Below are positions 1 to 12,290 of a DNA stretch of 64,000 nucleotides, one piece after another; position 1 is the first letter of the stretch, and each line of letters starts with the position of its first letter. A program made the translations under genes and the position numbers. The stretch lies in the NCBI GenBank assembly GCA_003614675.1, contig ML002216.1, positions 1 through 64,000 of the forward strand, read 5' to 3'. This stretch comes from Dimargaris cristalligena (lineage: Eukaryota). Under the pieces are notes generated by a model, which saw only the letters and a program-made list of their open reading frames with translations, was not told where the DNA came from and made no database searches.

Positions 1-44
1 CCCACAACCGCCCCCACCACCAGCAGCCTGCTGGTCTAGCCGCC

Positions 45-714
45 ATGGGTGAAGGGAATATTGCTCACCCGCCCCCACCCTCTCCCGTTCGGGCTATTCC
101 CATTCCAAGGGACTGCTCCCACGGGGAGATAAAGCAGTTCGCCCTGGAGTACCCCGCGCCGTTCGAGGGCTCGATTGACATTCAGGAATTTCGTCAGTAT
201 ATCCGCCGGTTAAATAGTCTGCTGGCCGAGGCTGAGGCACCGCTACGCCGACATGCCATTGACCATATCTTGGCCTTTTTGACCCTGAATCTGTCCTCGC
301 TGATTATTCCGACCTACTATGACCGAGTAAGTCCCCCCTCCAGCTATAGCCAGGCCATTCCCAGGTCACATGTTTTTTATATTTAGCTATTCCTGAACTT
401 TGAATGGGATATCCCGTACCGCTACCTATGGCAACCTTGCCTGGCTAGGTGAACCCTCAGGATCTCGTTAACTAACGGCGACGATGGAGCAGATCCTCGT
501 TATATATATATATATATTATCAGTCTACTAACCGAACCTAACCCTTCCTAAACACTCCTGCCCCCACTCTTAGGCCATGAAAAAAGTATTCCGCTTCATC
601 AACGAGCAAAACGAATCATTGTTTATTCCCAATGGCTACCGCGTTACGGATCCTCGCAAAACGGCATTTCTCTTCCTAGAAGTCGTACCCTTATCCCTTG
701 AAGGTCGATCCTAG
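45..714 (+). CDS. Erf4/Golgin A7 family protein (palmitoyltransferase accessory subunit); 2 exons, 45-326 and 574-714
   Basis: IPRD..GEIKQFALEYP...I...EFRQYIRRLNSLLAEAE motif. GTAAGT donor at 327, TAG acceptor at 571-573. Exon 2 reads AMKKVFRFINEQNESLFIPNGYRVTDPRKTAFLFLEV, the typical Erf4 C-terminus. Confidence 0.8.
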
Positions 715-1351
715 GCCACTTCGGCTCAGTTCTCACATATCCCTGCTAGACCGGGTCACGCCCAAGCGCCACCAACCGACTAGCCTGCGTCCTGCTGTTA
801 TCCCCCACCACCCTCACCTGTAATACTAATTATGTTATACGATATTTCAATGCAATGTTCACTTGTTTTATTTTATTCCACTAGGTCTTTCTATCAGTAC
901 CATCATTCTCGTCCCTTATGATTTATTAGCCACCCCCCTTTTCTACGTCCTTCCTATTATATTTCTACTATGTCTAACGTATAAATCCGCCGTATTGAAG
1001 CTCCTCAATCTGCCAACATACACAGCTAAATCCAGTCGTCCATTATTTATACACTGCTGAAGGAGAGCGCGGGGGCCAGCCCGGAAAACGCGTTTCAACT
1101 ATGACTTCAATAGGGGGTGATTTATTTGAATGCAAGGCGAACCTAGGTCAAGGCACCCGGAATTGAATGGCGCACGGTGGGTACTACTAAGAAAGTGAGG
1201 GGAGGGCTGCAATTCTAGGCGAGTGAATCTGCACCATTCTGTCATCCAATGTCCGAATGACGATGGATTCGACAGGCAGTGATTGGCTGCTATGAGAGCT
1301 ACGTGCGGTAGGTCGGTCCTGTAATCATAACGAGCGCGACTGCAATGAGGA

Positions 1352-2242
1352 CTAGGCCTTGAAAAACGCGCGCCAGGGGTTCTCCGCGAGGTATCGCTTG
1401 ACCCCGTCGGGCTGCTGGGCTACTCTGTCCATGTGACCCAGGAGGTGGCCCAGGTAGGAGGTCAGAAATAGGAGCTCGTGGTCCTCGGTGGCGGAGGGCA
1501 GCTGGCTTAACCGGCGGGTGAGCAGACAATTGCTCAAGTGGCGGAACTGCTGGGGCTCACCCGAATCGATGAGCACCGTATTATGGGGTCCCCACCGGAT
1601 TTCGTGGCCCTGGCCGTCGTAGGCCCGCTGGAACGGATGTTCAAATAGGGTGTCGGCCCTGGTGTAGTCGGCCGGCGGGTGGCCGTTGGGTTCAACTGGA
1701 GCGAGTTCCGCTGAACCGCCGCCGCCGTTGTCGGTAGAGGGAATCTCGACCGGGGCCAAGCTGCGCCAGATTTCCGATAGAATCTTGGGCCGCGGTTTGT
1801 AGGTTCCCAGTTTGACCGGACGGGCGCTCGCCGGATAATTATCCTCGCTCCAGACCGTAGTGAGCAGGGTCTTGGTGGAACCCAGCAGGTGATGGACGAC
1901 GAAATCCGTATTGGCCTGGGATTCCGAATTCCAGACCATCAGATAGCAATTTTTAAGGATCAATTCCAACAGATTCCGGGTGTAGCGGCGGAATCGAAAG
2001 GCTGCCGCAACGGGCCCTTTGCCCGCTAGATAGAGGGTATCGGAAAGATTCAATACCACCAGTAAGGGCTTGCGCAGAGAGCCGTAGGTCTGGGCTTCGG
2101 TAAGCTGAACGGGTTGCAGGTGCTCCCAATTCAGAGTACGGTACTCGCTATGGACCGCCCGGAGTTGGTCAGTGAGCGATTCCACTAGTGGCTGAGAATC
2201 GTAGGACGCCCGGGCGTATGTGGAGGAACCTTTTTTAGGCAT
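1352..2242 (-). CDS. FCP1/NIF-like HAD-superfamily domain protein with degenerate catalytic motif
   Basis: LLVVLNLSDTLY (DLDxTL-like motif I), FRFRRYTRNLLE, LMVWNS, KILSEIW and WGPHNTVLIDS follow the motif order of the NIF/FCP1 family. Confidence 0.6.
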   Translation of the reverse strand: MPKKGSSTYARASYDSQPLVESLTDQLRAVHSEYRTLNWEHLQPVQLTEAQTYGSLRKPLLVVLNLSDTLYLAGKGPVAAAFRFRRYTRNLLELILKNCYLMVWNSESQANTDFVVHHLLGSTKTLLTTVWSEDNYPASARPVKLGTYKPRPKILSEIWRSLAPVEIPSTDNGGGGSAELAPVEPNGHPPADYTRADTLFEHPFQRAYDGQGHEIRWGPHNTVLIDSGEPQQFRHLSNCLLTRRLSQLPSATEDHELLFLTSYLGHLLGHMDRVAQQPDGVKRYLAENPWRAFFKA

Positions 2243-3092
2243 GTTTCGGGGGGGGGGGGTTGTATCCGAGAATATGGGCTGACCAACCGTGATGCTGGTC
2301 TAATGCCAATGATGCGAGAGGTATATTATACTTGCCCGGGGGTGCGGCGGAGGTCGGAGGTCGATTTGTAGTGGTCGGGTCGATCAATTATATCTAAATT
2401 TAGGCGCTGGGTCATTTGACCATTGTCGTTACGCCAGGGGGAGAGGGGGGTCAGCTATAAATAAGTGCGCTGATCTGTGAAAGCATTCCTCTCTTCCCTT
2501 TGGCTCCAAGGAACCTCTCTGCCTTTGCGGGCTGACGGTGTGCCCCTCCTTTTTCCAAACAATGCACGCAAAATTGGCTTGCTTATTGTCAAAAGACACT
2601 TGGGCCTGGTTGTTTCCAACAGATATTGGAAGGCCGCTATTTATTTAGATGGACCAACGGCCAACGTGCGAGTGCTAATCTGCCCGCTATAAAATGCGGC
2701 AATCACAGTGATGGCGAAATTACTAGCAATTGCGGTGGAGTGTACAGTTAGTTAGTGCGAGTATTGTCTTCGGGTTGTACCATATAGTCCATCCCCTCCC
2801 CATCGACTATCATGCGTGTACCCAGACGCCGCCACCCCTCGGGGCTTTCTGTTGTCGTTAAGTGGGATTTACTGAGGCACTCACCCATCTTTCTCCTTTC
2901 CTCTTTCTGCATTTAGGCCATGCAGAGCTTCCTTCCTTCACCTTCTTACCCTGTACAATTAGCTCCGCTTATGCTCCTGTTCTCTTAATTATAATATACC
3001 TAATAGCTTTAGTTAACCTTTCTGTTAGTGCGCCTCTTTGTCTCCTTATTTACTTTAGCTTTTCACACACACACACATATATATTCCTATAC

Positions 3093-5531
3093 ATGCGCCT
3101 AATCCTTATCCTGGGCCTCCTGGCCCTTTTTTTCCCGGCCCTCGAGGCCGCCAGTTCGCTCGGCAACCCCATTAGCCCCCCGTGGCGGGGTTTTCATTGC
3201 GCCGCAGTGGCCGGCTCGTCAGCCAACCGCTACATTATGATCCACGGCGGCATCAGCGACTCCAAGGCCTCCACTCCGCTCGACAGCCCAGCGTCCAGTG
3301 AGTTATTCCTGTTCGACCTGGAGCATAGCAACTGGTTCCAACCGTCCATCGAAGGCGGCCTTGACGTGCCCCAGAAACTCCACCCCTGCGCTCCAAACGA
3401 CGATCGCTCCCAGGTGTTTGTCTATACCCCCGTGTTGGCCGATAACGAATCCAGTCATTTGCAGGTGCTCGATACCAGCCACTGGACCTGGTCCAATCCC
3501 GCCCAGAGTGGCCCCGCTCCTACGTCCCGGCAGGGCCCTTCGTTTAGTCCCGCCCCCAGCGGTAGTATGTTCTTTTTCGGGGGCCGCCCCGTCGACGCCT
3601 CCGGCAATCCAGACACGTCTTCCATTTCCACCGACTTATCGGTGCTGGACACCTCCTCCCTCGCCTGGACCTCCAAGGCCAACGGGAACGGGCTGATGTT
3701 CCATTCCGCCTGCTATTTGTCCGAAACCGACTCTATAATAGTATTCGGTGGCGCCAGCCAGGATGCCCTCTCTTTTGCCAATGTGCGCACCTACAGTCTG
3801 ACTGCCCAGACCTGGGATGTCAACCCGACCATCGACAACGCCAGTTCCGGCCCCAGCCCCCGTGCCTTCCATTCCGCCGCTTGCTTGTCCAACCAGATGA
3901 TTGTCTTTGGTGGCACGGACGCCTATACGAGTACCAAGCCCACCGATAGCACCGTCTGGATTCTTACCGGCACGTCGAGTAACGGCAGAGCCACCTACAA
4001 GTGGTCCCAGGCCCCCATTACCGACAAGACGAAAGGTCCCTCCGCCCGCTTCGGCCATTCGGCTCTACTTCAGGACGATAAAATGTACGTCTACGGCGGG
4101 GTGGGCACGGGGGGAGATACCAACATGTACGTCCTAGACACCCAGGCCTGGTCCTGGAATGTGGTGAGCATATCGGGTAATGGTGGCAGTTCGGAGAGTG
4201 GGTCCAATACCACCACCGTCCTGATAGCCTCCATCGTCAGCGGGGTGTTCGCCATCCTGGCCATGGGCATTATCGCCGCTGTGGGCGTCCGCAATTGGCG
4301 CCGCCGCAAGGGCAAGCAGGGGCCCACCGATGACGACGGGGTGGCTTCCGGTGATGCCAAAACCTGCTCCGACCGGGGACCGGACAAGGACGACGGAGGT
4401 ACTCAGCTGTCTGTTCTACCCTCTCACTCCCGGGGATCCAGCAAAGACAGCAGCGACTCGGATGCCGATAGTGGCCACCTGCGGTCCTACGGTGACCTAA
4501 CCTACGACCAACGACTGTCGCTCGCCCCCAACCAACTGGACGACCCCCGGGGCTCGGCCTATGCTGCCCTGGTTGGTCCCGGCAGCGTGTCAGGAGTCGC
4601 ACCTCCTCCCCCCGCCGCCTCCACCACCCATCGTCCGCGGCTATACAGCACGAATAGCGACTATCTACTAGACTCCCCCATGCACCCCCAAGTTCTCCCG
4701 GGCGGGTCCCAACCCCGGACTCCGGTGGAATCCTCCGTCGACCAATGGCTACCCCACCCGTCCGCCGCTTCCAGGCACCGACGGGACTCCATCGCCTCTA
4801 ATATACCTTCGCCGATTGCGCCTATTCGCTATATCCCCTCCCCGCCCGCTATACTGATTGGCCGGTCCTTTGACAGCGACCGACCCCTTTCCCTCGTATC
4901 GCCCGACGGCATCCCCTACCCTACGCTAGTGTCCCCGACTCTATCCCCATCGAGCCCCCACCCCGATGACCATCACCTCCACCTTGACGTGCCCATCGCC
5001 CGTCCCATCACCCCGCCCGCGCCCCCGCGCCTCAACACCCTATTCGCCAATTTCCAGCCCATGTCATCCAGCGACAACGATTCCACCCCCAACAGTCCCA
5101 ACCCGCGCATGCGGAGTTACCACACCATCGGGTCGAACTCGGTCGATTTCGACCAGCAGCGCCGACGAGTATCGTCCCGCTTAATCCAGGTCGCTCAGAC
5201 CGACGGTGATGCCTTTATCAGTCCCCTAGATAAAATTGCCCGCTTGCAACTCGACGACCTTATCGCCGAGCCGGCCCACCAGAACAGCGGTGGTGGTGGT
5301 GGTGATGGCAGTAGCGGAAGTCGGACCCCATCCACTACATTAACGCCCTCGACCGCCCGGACCCAGTTCGGCGGTGACGAATCGTACTTTTTTACCCAAC
5401 TCCGTCGGAGTTCCACGGTGTCCCGGCCCAGCTCTACCCTGGGTCTGGGACGGTGGGACGTCGAAGAGAAAATGGACCTGAAGGATGGTGGCTTCGAATT
5501 GGATAAGGATGTCCGTGCTTTTGTGGTCTAA
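3093..5531 (+). CDS. Signal peptide + Kelch-repeat propeller + single TM helix + long S/P-rich cytoplasmic tail
   Basis: Start MRLILILGLLALFFPALEA. Repeated R..HSA...hhhhGG Kelch blades. TM segment VLIASIVSGVFAILAMGIIAAVGV followed by RNWRRRK. Confidence 0.8.
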   Translation: MRLILILGLLALFFPALEAASSLGNPISPPWRGFHCAAVAGSSANRYIMIHGGISDSKASTPLDSPASSELFLFDLEHSNWFQPSIEGGLDVPQKLHPCAPNDDRSQVFVYTPVLADNESSHLQVLDTSHWTWSNPAQSGPAPTSRQGPSFSPAPSGSMFFFGGRPVDASGNPDTSSISTDLSVLDTSSLAWTSKANGNGLMFHSACYLSETDSIIVFGGASQDALSFANVRTYSLTAQTWDVNPTIDNASSGPSPRAFHSAACLSNQMIVFGGTDAYTSTKPTDSTVWILTGTSSNGRATYKWSQAPITDKTKGPSARFGHSALLQDDKMYVYGGVGTGGDTNMYVLDTQAWSWNVVSISGNGGSSESGSNTTTVLIASIVSGVFAILAMGIIAAVGVRNWRRRKGKQGPTDDDGVASGDAKTCSDRGPDKDDGGTQLSVLPSHSRGSSKDSSDSDADSGHLRSYGDLTYDQRLSLAPNQLDDPRGSAYAALVGPGSVSGVAPPPPAASTTHRPRLYSTNSDYLLDSPMHPQVLPGGSQPRTPVESSVDQWLPHPSAASRHRRDSIASNIPSPIAPIRYIPSPPAILIGRSFDSDRPLSLVSPDGIPYPTLVSPTLSPSSPHPDDHHLHLDVPIARPITPPAPPRLNTLFANFQPMSSSDNDSTPNSPNPRMRSYHTIGSNSVDFDQQRRRVSSRLIQVAQTDGDAFISPLDKIARLQLDDLIAEPAHQNSGGGGGDGSSGSRTPSTTLTPSTARTQFGGDESYFFTQLRRSSTVSRPSSTLGLGRWDVEEKMDLKDGGFELDKDVRAFVV

Positions 5532-5694
5532 TCGGTAGGTCAGTACAGCCGCCTTTATTTTTTTGGGTGTTTGCTCTGCTTTTCCTATTGCCGTTAAGGT
5601 ATTGATAATATTTATATAAATTTGACCTCTTGGCCCTAAACTCTCACCATTATTCCCTCTTTATCCATTGCACTTCCCTTCATATCTACGTTAT

Positions 5695-6073
5695 ACCCCC
5701 CCATTTCCATTCCCCCTCTCCTTCATTTTTTTTTTGCACTCATCACAAATTTACGAACCCGTTTTCCTCTTTACCTAATAATCGTATCATTAATTTGCAC
5801 CCACTGTACGTTGGACTTTGCCCTATTATATCGCTGTTGTTGCCCATTTGTTTTTTTATTAATATTATTTTCAATGGACCTAGGTTTTGGTCTTGGGAGC
5901 AGTCTAGATTAGGAATTGCCTTCTATTCCCTTAGCGCAAAAGCGCTCGTCCATGCGTGTGTGTGTGTCTGTGTGGTCGAGCTGCCCACTTTCCCCAAACC
6001 ATTTAATATTATTTAACTTGGCAGTATATCCCTTCTGGACCATAATAAAATCCAGCAAGATTACCTTGTTGTG
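5695..6073. repeat. Left arm of a 379-bp inverted repeat
   Basis: Reverse complement of 6517-6895. The ORF track gives identical peptides on opposite strands (5630..6016+ vs 6574..6912-, and 5916..6107+ vs 6411..6674-). Confidence 0.95.
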
Positions 6074-6516
6074 TAGATGCACCAATACTACAAGCGCGTT
6101 GGTTTAACGTCGACTATTACTGTACGAGGCTTTCCTCCTATGGTTTATAATACCTATAATCCTTTTTGAAAACAATTGGATCTCGGATCAAGGGCTTCAT
6201 AAATGCAAACTGAAGGCATACCCTACGTAATGCTGAATTCCAGGTACTCGGCCCCTTACACCAATTCGGTAGATAGAGAAGGCCAGGTGCCCTAAAAAAC
6301 CATAAGGGGCCGGAAAACTTAATATATCACTTAAAAACCACATTTACAACTAAACTATACTCTAAACATACTAACTAGCCTACGTGGCCCCCCTCGTTTA
6401 CTAGCGCCATTTAAGCGATTAAATCCATTTTAATACTTTTAGGTGATAAGAAAGGAGAAGCTGCATGCCCATAGGAAATTGTTTGAAAGCATACGGTAAA
6501 AATAAAGGTGGAGGAC

Positions 6517-6895
6517 CACAACAAGGTAATCTTGCTGGATTTTATTATGGTCCAGAAGGGATATACTGCCAAGTTAAATAATATTAAATGGTTTGGGGAA
6601 AGTGGGCAGCTCGACCACACAGACACACACACACGCATGGACGAGCGCTTTTGCGCTAAGGGAATAGAAGGCAATTCCTAATCTAGACTGCTCCCAAGAC
6701 CAAAACCTAGGTCCATTGAAAATAATATTAATAAAAAAACAAATGGGCAACAACAGCGATATAATAGGGCAAAGTCCAACGTACAGTGGGTGCAAATTAA
6801 TGATACGATTATTAGGTAAAGAGGAAAACGGGTTCGTAAATTTGTGATGAGTGCAAAAAAAAAATGAAGGAGAGGGGGAATGGAAATGGGGGGGT
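6517..6895. repeat. Right arm of the 379-bp inverted repeat (spacer 6074-6516, 443 bp)
   Basis: CACAACAAGGTAATC...GGAAATGGGGGGGT is the reverse complement of the left arm. Confidence 0.95.
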
Positions 6896-6958
6896 TGCAA
6901 AAAAAAAAGCAACCATCGTCAGTAAAAATCGGCCCCGCTGGTAGTCAAAGTCGATGAT

Positions 6959-8337
6959 TTAGAAAATGGCAATGTAGTTGTTGATCTTATTCTTCTGTTG
7001 CTGGGCAATGCACTCGGCAATCCAAACAATATTACGAATTTCCTGTTCCTTGAGCTTAAAGAACGAGTAAAAGACCCCGAAGTTGAACTGTTGTTCAAAC
7101 GACAGTTTGTTGAGTTTCACTTCGCGTTCGAAGAATTTATCTTCGAGGGTCTTGCCGTTGTCGCCGCTGGAGTGCCCCCCCAAAAGCGTCGTCGCCCCCG
7201 TTGGCCAGGCCATCGAAGAAGGACCGGTATTCCACGTAGCCGTCGCAGATGACCTTGACTTGGTCCATGTCATCGACCCGGGCGAGTTTGAGGGTGCCCT
7301 CGGGGTACATTTTGCCCAATTCCGGGAACAGGTGCTGACGGTCGTCCTTGCTCAGTTCCGTGCCAAACGAATTGATGGTGATATTGACGGACCGACGGTC
7401 AGCCTCGAACTGCAGGATTTCGGTCATGATCTCCTCGGTCCGGCCCCCGAGTCCCACGCAGAACCGGTGGAAGTCTTCGAGGTAGGCCTTGTACAGGGTA
7501 TTGCGGATGATTTCAATATTCATCTCGTCCAAATCCTTGGCCGATAGGCATTCCCGGAAGTAGGGCGCCAGCGGGGTGTCGACCAGAACGGTATTGTACA
7601 ACTCTTCCACGTTGGTGGCCACGCAGAGCGCGGGCAGGGTATCAAAGACTCCCAAAGGGTGGCAGCGCTCCAGGAGCTCGTGGGTGTCCCGGTCGTGCAG
7701 CGTACCGGTAATCAGCAGAATGACATTGTCAATCATGTAGCTGTAGGTGATGTAGTCGAGGAACTGCGACAGGTCCTTGCACGACTCGCTGTACAGGTAC
7801 TGGAATTGGTCCACCAGGTTTTGGGTGCACTTTTCGGCGATTGTGGAGGTGGCAATCGGGGAGGGCTCGTTCTGCAGCAAAGAACCGTAGTCAGTGGCTC
7901 CAAGTTGGAGTTTCAGGTCTTGGGAGGGCGAAATCGGATATTAGGGTGAACATATGTATTCACTGGTGTTAGAAGTTGGGCAATTGATATTGTTTCAATA
8001 ATATTTTTTAAAGGGAAGTGCGTGCTATTAGGCTGTAATAATGCCCTATTTTAAAGTACCACTGGGCTGCTCCAGGAGGGCAGGGCATTAACCCGTCGAA
8101 TTCCCCAGGCAGTAGGGCATGCTGACTAGGTTAATCGTTAATGTGACGAACAGCCTATAGTTCCTGGTCAGACCAAGGGCACCTTTATCGACCCGACAAG
8201 AGAGTTGGTCACTTACCATCTAGGTTTTCGCTCTGGGCCAGATTCAGGTAGTTGGTGCTGGAGATAAAGCCGCTACGGTAACCCCGCACGATGCCTTCGA
8301 GGTAACCGTAGTCGAGGTTGAAGGTCAGTTCCTGCAT
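6959..8337 (-). CDS. VMA6: V-type ATPase V0 subunit d; exons 8337-8217 and 7918-6959, with an apparent +1 frameshift at the G7 run 7175-7181
   Basis: [60 protein letters not shown], and in the next frame [12 protein letters not shown]...[18 protein letters not shown]. Confidence 0.95.
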
Positions 8338-9492
8338 AGTGGCTGGTTAGACTGGTGAGGGGGGTACGAAGTTATAGGGGGAGGCTGGGTAGGGAGGAAT
8401 GGGATTGCTAGGGATATAGTGGAGAAGCAGGGCTTGGCGGAATGAGGGTAAATGGAGCTAAGAAGAGGAGGGGTGTTAATACAGCATACAGACGATGGGA
8501 GTGGACGTGGACCGATAAATAGAATTGAAAGACGGAAAGAGGAGAATAAGAAGGGAACGATGAGCCTAACAAAGAGGGGAGGGGAGGAGGGAGTCGTCTT
8601 GTATGAGTGAGTCCTTGACCTGCCGAAGCGAATGTCACTCTAGTCTAGCTCTGGCAATAATTAAGCGGGAGCCACGTCGTCCTGGGAGGAGGGCAACTAC
8701 TCTGTCCAGGTCATAAGGTTACATATAAACTAAGGCGCGTTGGGGGGAGGCCATGCCAGTGATTGAGAGAGAGAGAAAGAGCCCGTCTATTAAACAGGTC
8801 CTCCTTGTTTGGGTCAGCTACTTGCCTCGGCGCAAGAGCCAACGAGTGCGGAAAAAACGGAAGCCTAACAGCAGCCGCTGTACGCAACAGGTGGTCAATG
8901 TCGAGCAACGTTACACTAGCAAACCCTTGGGGGGGATGGAGGCGAATAAGAGAGACAAAACCACTAAATAGGCATAACAACTATACTAACAGCCCAAGTG
9001 GGCTCAGGTACCATTCCCCCATCTTACAAGTGAAAATATAGTATATACTATACCCTGCAACCTTAACAGCTACCGATAATAACTAAACCCATACCCACCT
9101 AAATGTCGGAGAATTGCCCAGATAATATAAATCAACCCCATGCACCATCAGTCGTCATTGCAAACTACCCAGCCATGTTCATAGCTAATACCACGGAACC
9201 TGTATTGAGTTTATAATAAGAGCACCAGGATAGGTACGGGCCAGAATAAAACCTGCCATTGAATAGCCAGAGTGCCTGTAAAAATGAAAATAACATAGCA
9301 GCACGCCTCCACACTAATATGCATATAGAAATATAAGGGCAAAGCGACAGGCAAGTAGCCTAGGGCGCTAATACATGGGCGAGGGAAGACAACCTCGTGG
9401 TAAACAGACAGGGATAGAATCCATGCCAGTGTAGAAAATGCGGATGGGGGGAGGTCAAGGCACCTAGAATGCTAAACAGTTCAGCCTAATAT

Positions 9493-12290
9493 CTATTGCC
9501 GGGCACCCATCTCGGCCTGACTGCAGAAAGTGGCATCAATCTGTCGAAGCTGGGGCACTGCCAGTTTAACCTTAAGCCGGTACGTAGCCCCGCTGCTTTT
9601 TTGTAAGGGATTGCCCTCAAGGTATATCACCTCGAGTTTCTGGAGGGGTTTGCAGGCTGCTTCGATATTAGCGAACGATTCCAACTTATTGGAGCTCATC
9701 TAAGTGTGGGCCAAGGGCGTTGGAAAGGGGCAACGATGGCATGCAATAGTAGAGATGGTTAAATTTCCGCATAATAGAACTCCTAAATCTCATTTTCCTG
9801 CCCCATGTAACCAATTATTTTTGCGTGTATGAGAAAGTTATACCGGCAATTCATGGTTGCGTTGACTTACCCATATTTCGGTTAGATCAGCCAGTTTTTC
9901 AATGTTTTCGAGCTTCTCGATAAAGTTGTTACCGATGTCTAGGGTCTGTAATTTGGTCTGTGGGTAGGTATTTTCATAATTTTACAAATTATAATAATCG
10001 AAGCTTAGTGGCAATATACGAAAACGGACCATTCCATTGATTGATGGTCAACATAGACTTGACCAGTTGCAATAAGAGAGTGTAAACCACCTCCTAGCAT
10101 ACTTTAGCCGAATATATATATATCTGTATTTTCGAGTATAAGGGACCTACATTTTTCTCCAGACCCTCGATGGTCGTGATCCCGTTATGGTCTAGGTACA
10201 ATTCCTCCAATTCCGTGAGTTCCTCCAGACCTTCAATCTTCGTAATTCGGTTGCTCTGTTGGAATACATCATAAACAGGCGCTTGGGTAAAGTTTCGTTA
10301 ATTGAGTGAAGATATGAGATCGGACGTGTTAAGCGAGAGGAAGAGTCCAACGATACACCGCTTGCCGTTGCGAGGGGAGGACTGGAGGCCAACCAGTTGG
10401 AATGCCATGCCAGGCCTTTTTCAATAAATCAGTCACCAATGTTAGCTTACCTGGATACTGAGAAGACGGAGTTTCTTCAGATGGTTCAAGTTCTGGTTAC
10501 AGGTCATCAAAGCGGAGATAAACAGGGGAAATAACCCATCAAAAAGCGACATATAAAGTTAATAAATATTCCTAGCTACTGGCGCATTTTTGCTTAGCCA
10601 CAGTCACATATGAATACATTGGTTCCAAGGTGTCGTCCCATCAACCATTGCACGATCATGGAGCCGAAATATATTTTTACGGAATAGTAGTATAGTGGAT
10701 ATCCCCGAACGGATAAGTGAACACATATAGGGTTTACTGACCTGTAGCTTGGTAATCTTGTTTTTACCCAGATATAGCTCTTCCAGGTTGACGAGGGCAT
10801 CCAAGCCTTCGATTGTCTAAGGACGCAGCCAGGACACATGTACGGTGATTAAAGGATGGATACAACGGTGGTAGAAAATTTAGACACCAATGTGTGAAAA
10901 TGGGCAGCGGAAGGAGATCCCAACTAGGGTATCGCTGGCTCTAGATCTAGATAGGAGATAGCAATCACACCAATCGAATACATGATAATAGTTCGGCCAA
11001 AGTTCGATTGGCACTTACCCGAATACGATTGGACCCAAACTCGACCATTCGTAGGTTGGTGAAATTGTCGAGACATGCGATGGCGGATATCTTGTTACTG
11101 ACAAAATAGAGGTTCTCCAGGTGGATGAGGTGGGCGATATTCTCGACAACCTTGATCAAATTAAATGACAGGTCTAGGTTCCTGGTGTTGTCGTAGTAGA
11201 CAAGGCGGGTAAAGACCGTTGGTGTAAAGTGGTTTGGTAGGTAAATGGGTTAGCTTACACAATACTCCACTATTGACGATGCCTCTCCCCTCATCCCCTA
11301 TACCACACGACTAATCAAGTGGAATGGAGTATATACGGTACTTACTGGAGCTGTTTAAGATTGTCAAGACCCTCGATTTTCGAAATGCGGTTGTCGTACA
11401 GCTCCAACTCGACCAAGTCAACCAAGTGGTCCAAGCCCTCGATTTTCGCAATCAGGTTCTGACGGAGACCGAGGGTCTACATTAGTTTACGACAGGGGAG
11501 GTGTACCAAGGCATGGATAGAGGCAGGGGTACGGGGGTGAATTAGGGTTAAGGGGGATTTTAAACATTATACAACCGGGCCAAGGGGAACGCCAGTCCTA
11601 ATATAGCCAATGGCACAATGGAAATAAAATTGATGACCTATTCGGCCGTCTTACTTTGAGCTGGTTGAAGCGCTCGAGACCCAACTCGTCGATGCTGCGA
11701 ACCCGAGCGTGGGTCAATTCGATATCCTGTTATTGCCGAATGAAATGGATACCACAGGGAAATAAAGGTAGGTGGTTAGAAGGGTTACACAACCAAATTG
11801 TTGTCGAAGGAGACGCCATGGTTTTACAGGAGCCTGCACTAGAAGGCCGCATTTAGTTGTTTTTGAAATATATATATATATATATCAGTGGGCCCATTAC
11901 CTCAGCGTCATCGGGGTAGCCACCCAGTAAAGGCCCGGCTAAAATGGTCGGGGAATGTACAAGATATGGCAATAGTAACCAGAGTTAGGCGGGAACAATA
12001 AGACTATGGTTAATAGGCAATGGGAGTTAAAGTAATCTCGACACATTTAGACGGGCAGATACTGTAGTTCTATATAAATATATATATCTAGGTATATATG
12101 TGTCTATAAATACGGGTCGAGTGACACCAGGTCCTACTATAGTAAAACCCAGCCTTATGCACTCAATGGGGTTAGTCAGTAACTACTATAGAAGTTCAAC
12201 CGGCCCACCTGCGGGGCCTCTGGACTTACATTCGAGAGCGGTTTCGTCGTCGGGGCGGTGGGGCGAAGCTGGGGGCGAGGGGGAAGGCAT
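9493..12290 (-). CDS. SDS22: Protein phosphatase 1 regulatory subunit 7 (SDS22-class LRR protein), about 10 exons
   Basis: Spliced LRR exons: YPDDAE, DIELTHARVRSIDELGLERF, LRQNLIAKIEGL, LELYDNRISKIEGL, LEELYLGKNKITKLQ, LSIQSNRITKIEGL, and the LRR cap YLEGNPLQ...YRLKVKLAVPQLRQIDAT. Confidence 0.9.

Noticed and set aside
2862-3092. N-terminal extension of the Kelch ORF from a GTG start
   Set aside because: Pyrimidine-rich 5' UTR; the ATG at 3093 gives a proper signal peptide.
5630-6912. Duplicated 112-128 aa ORFs on opposite strands
   Set aside because: By-products of the inverted repeat; non-ATG starts and UTR-like composition.
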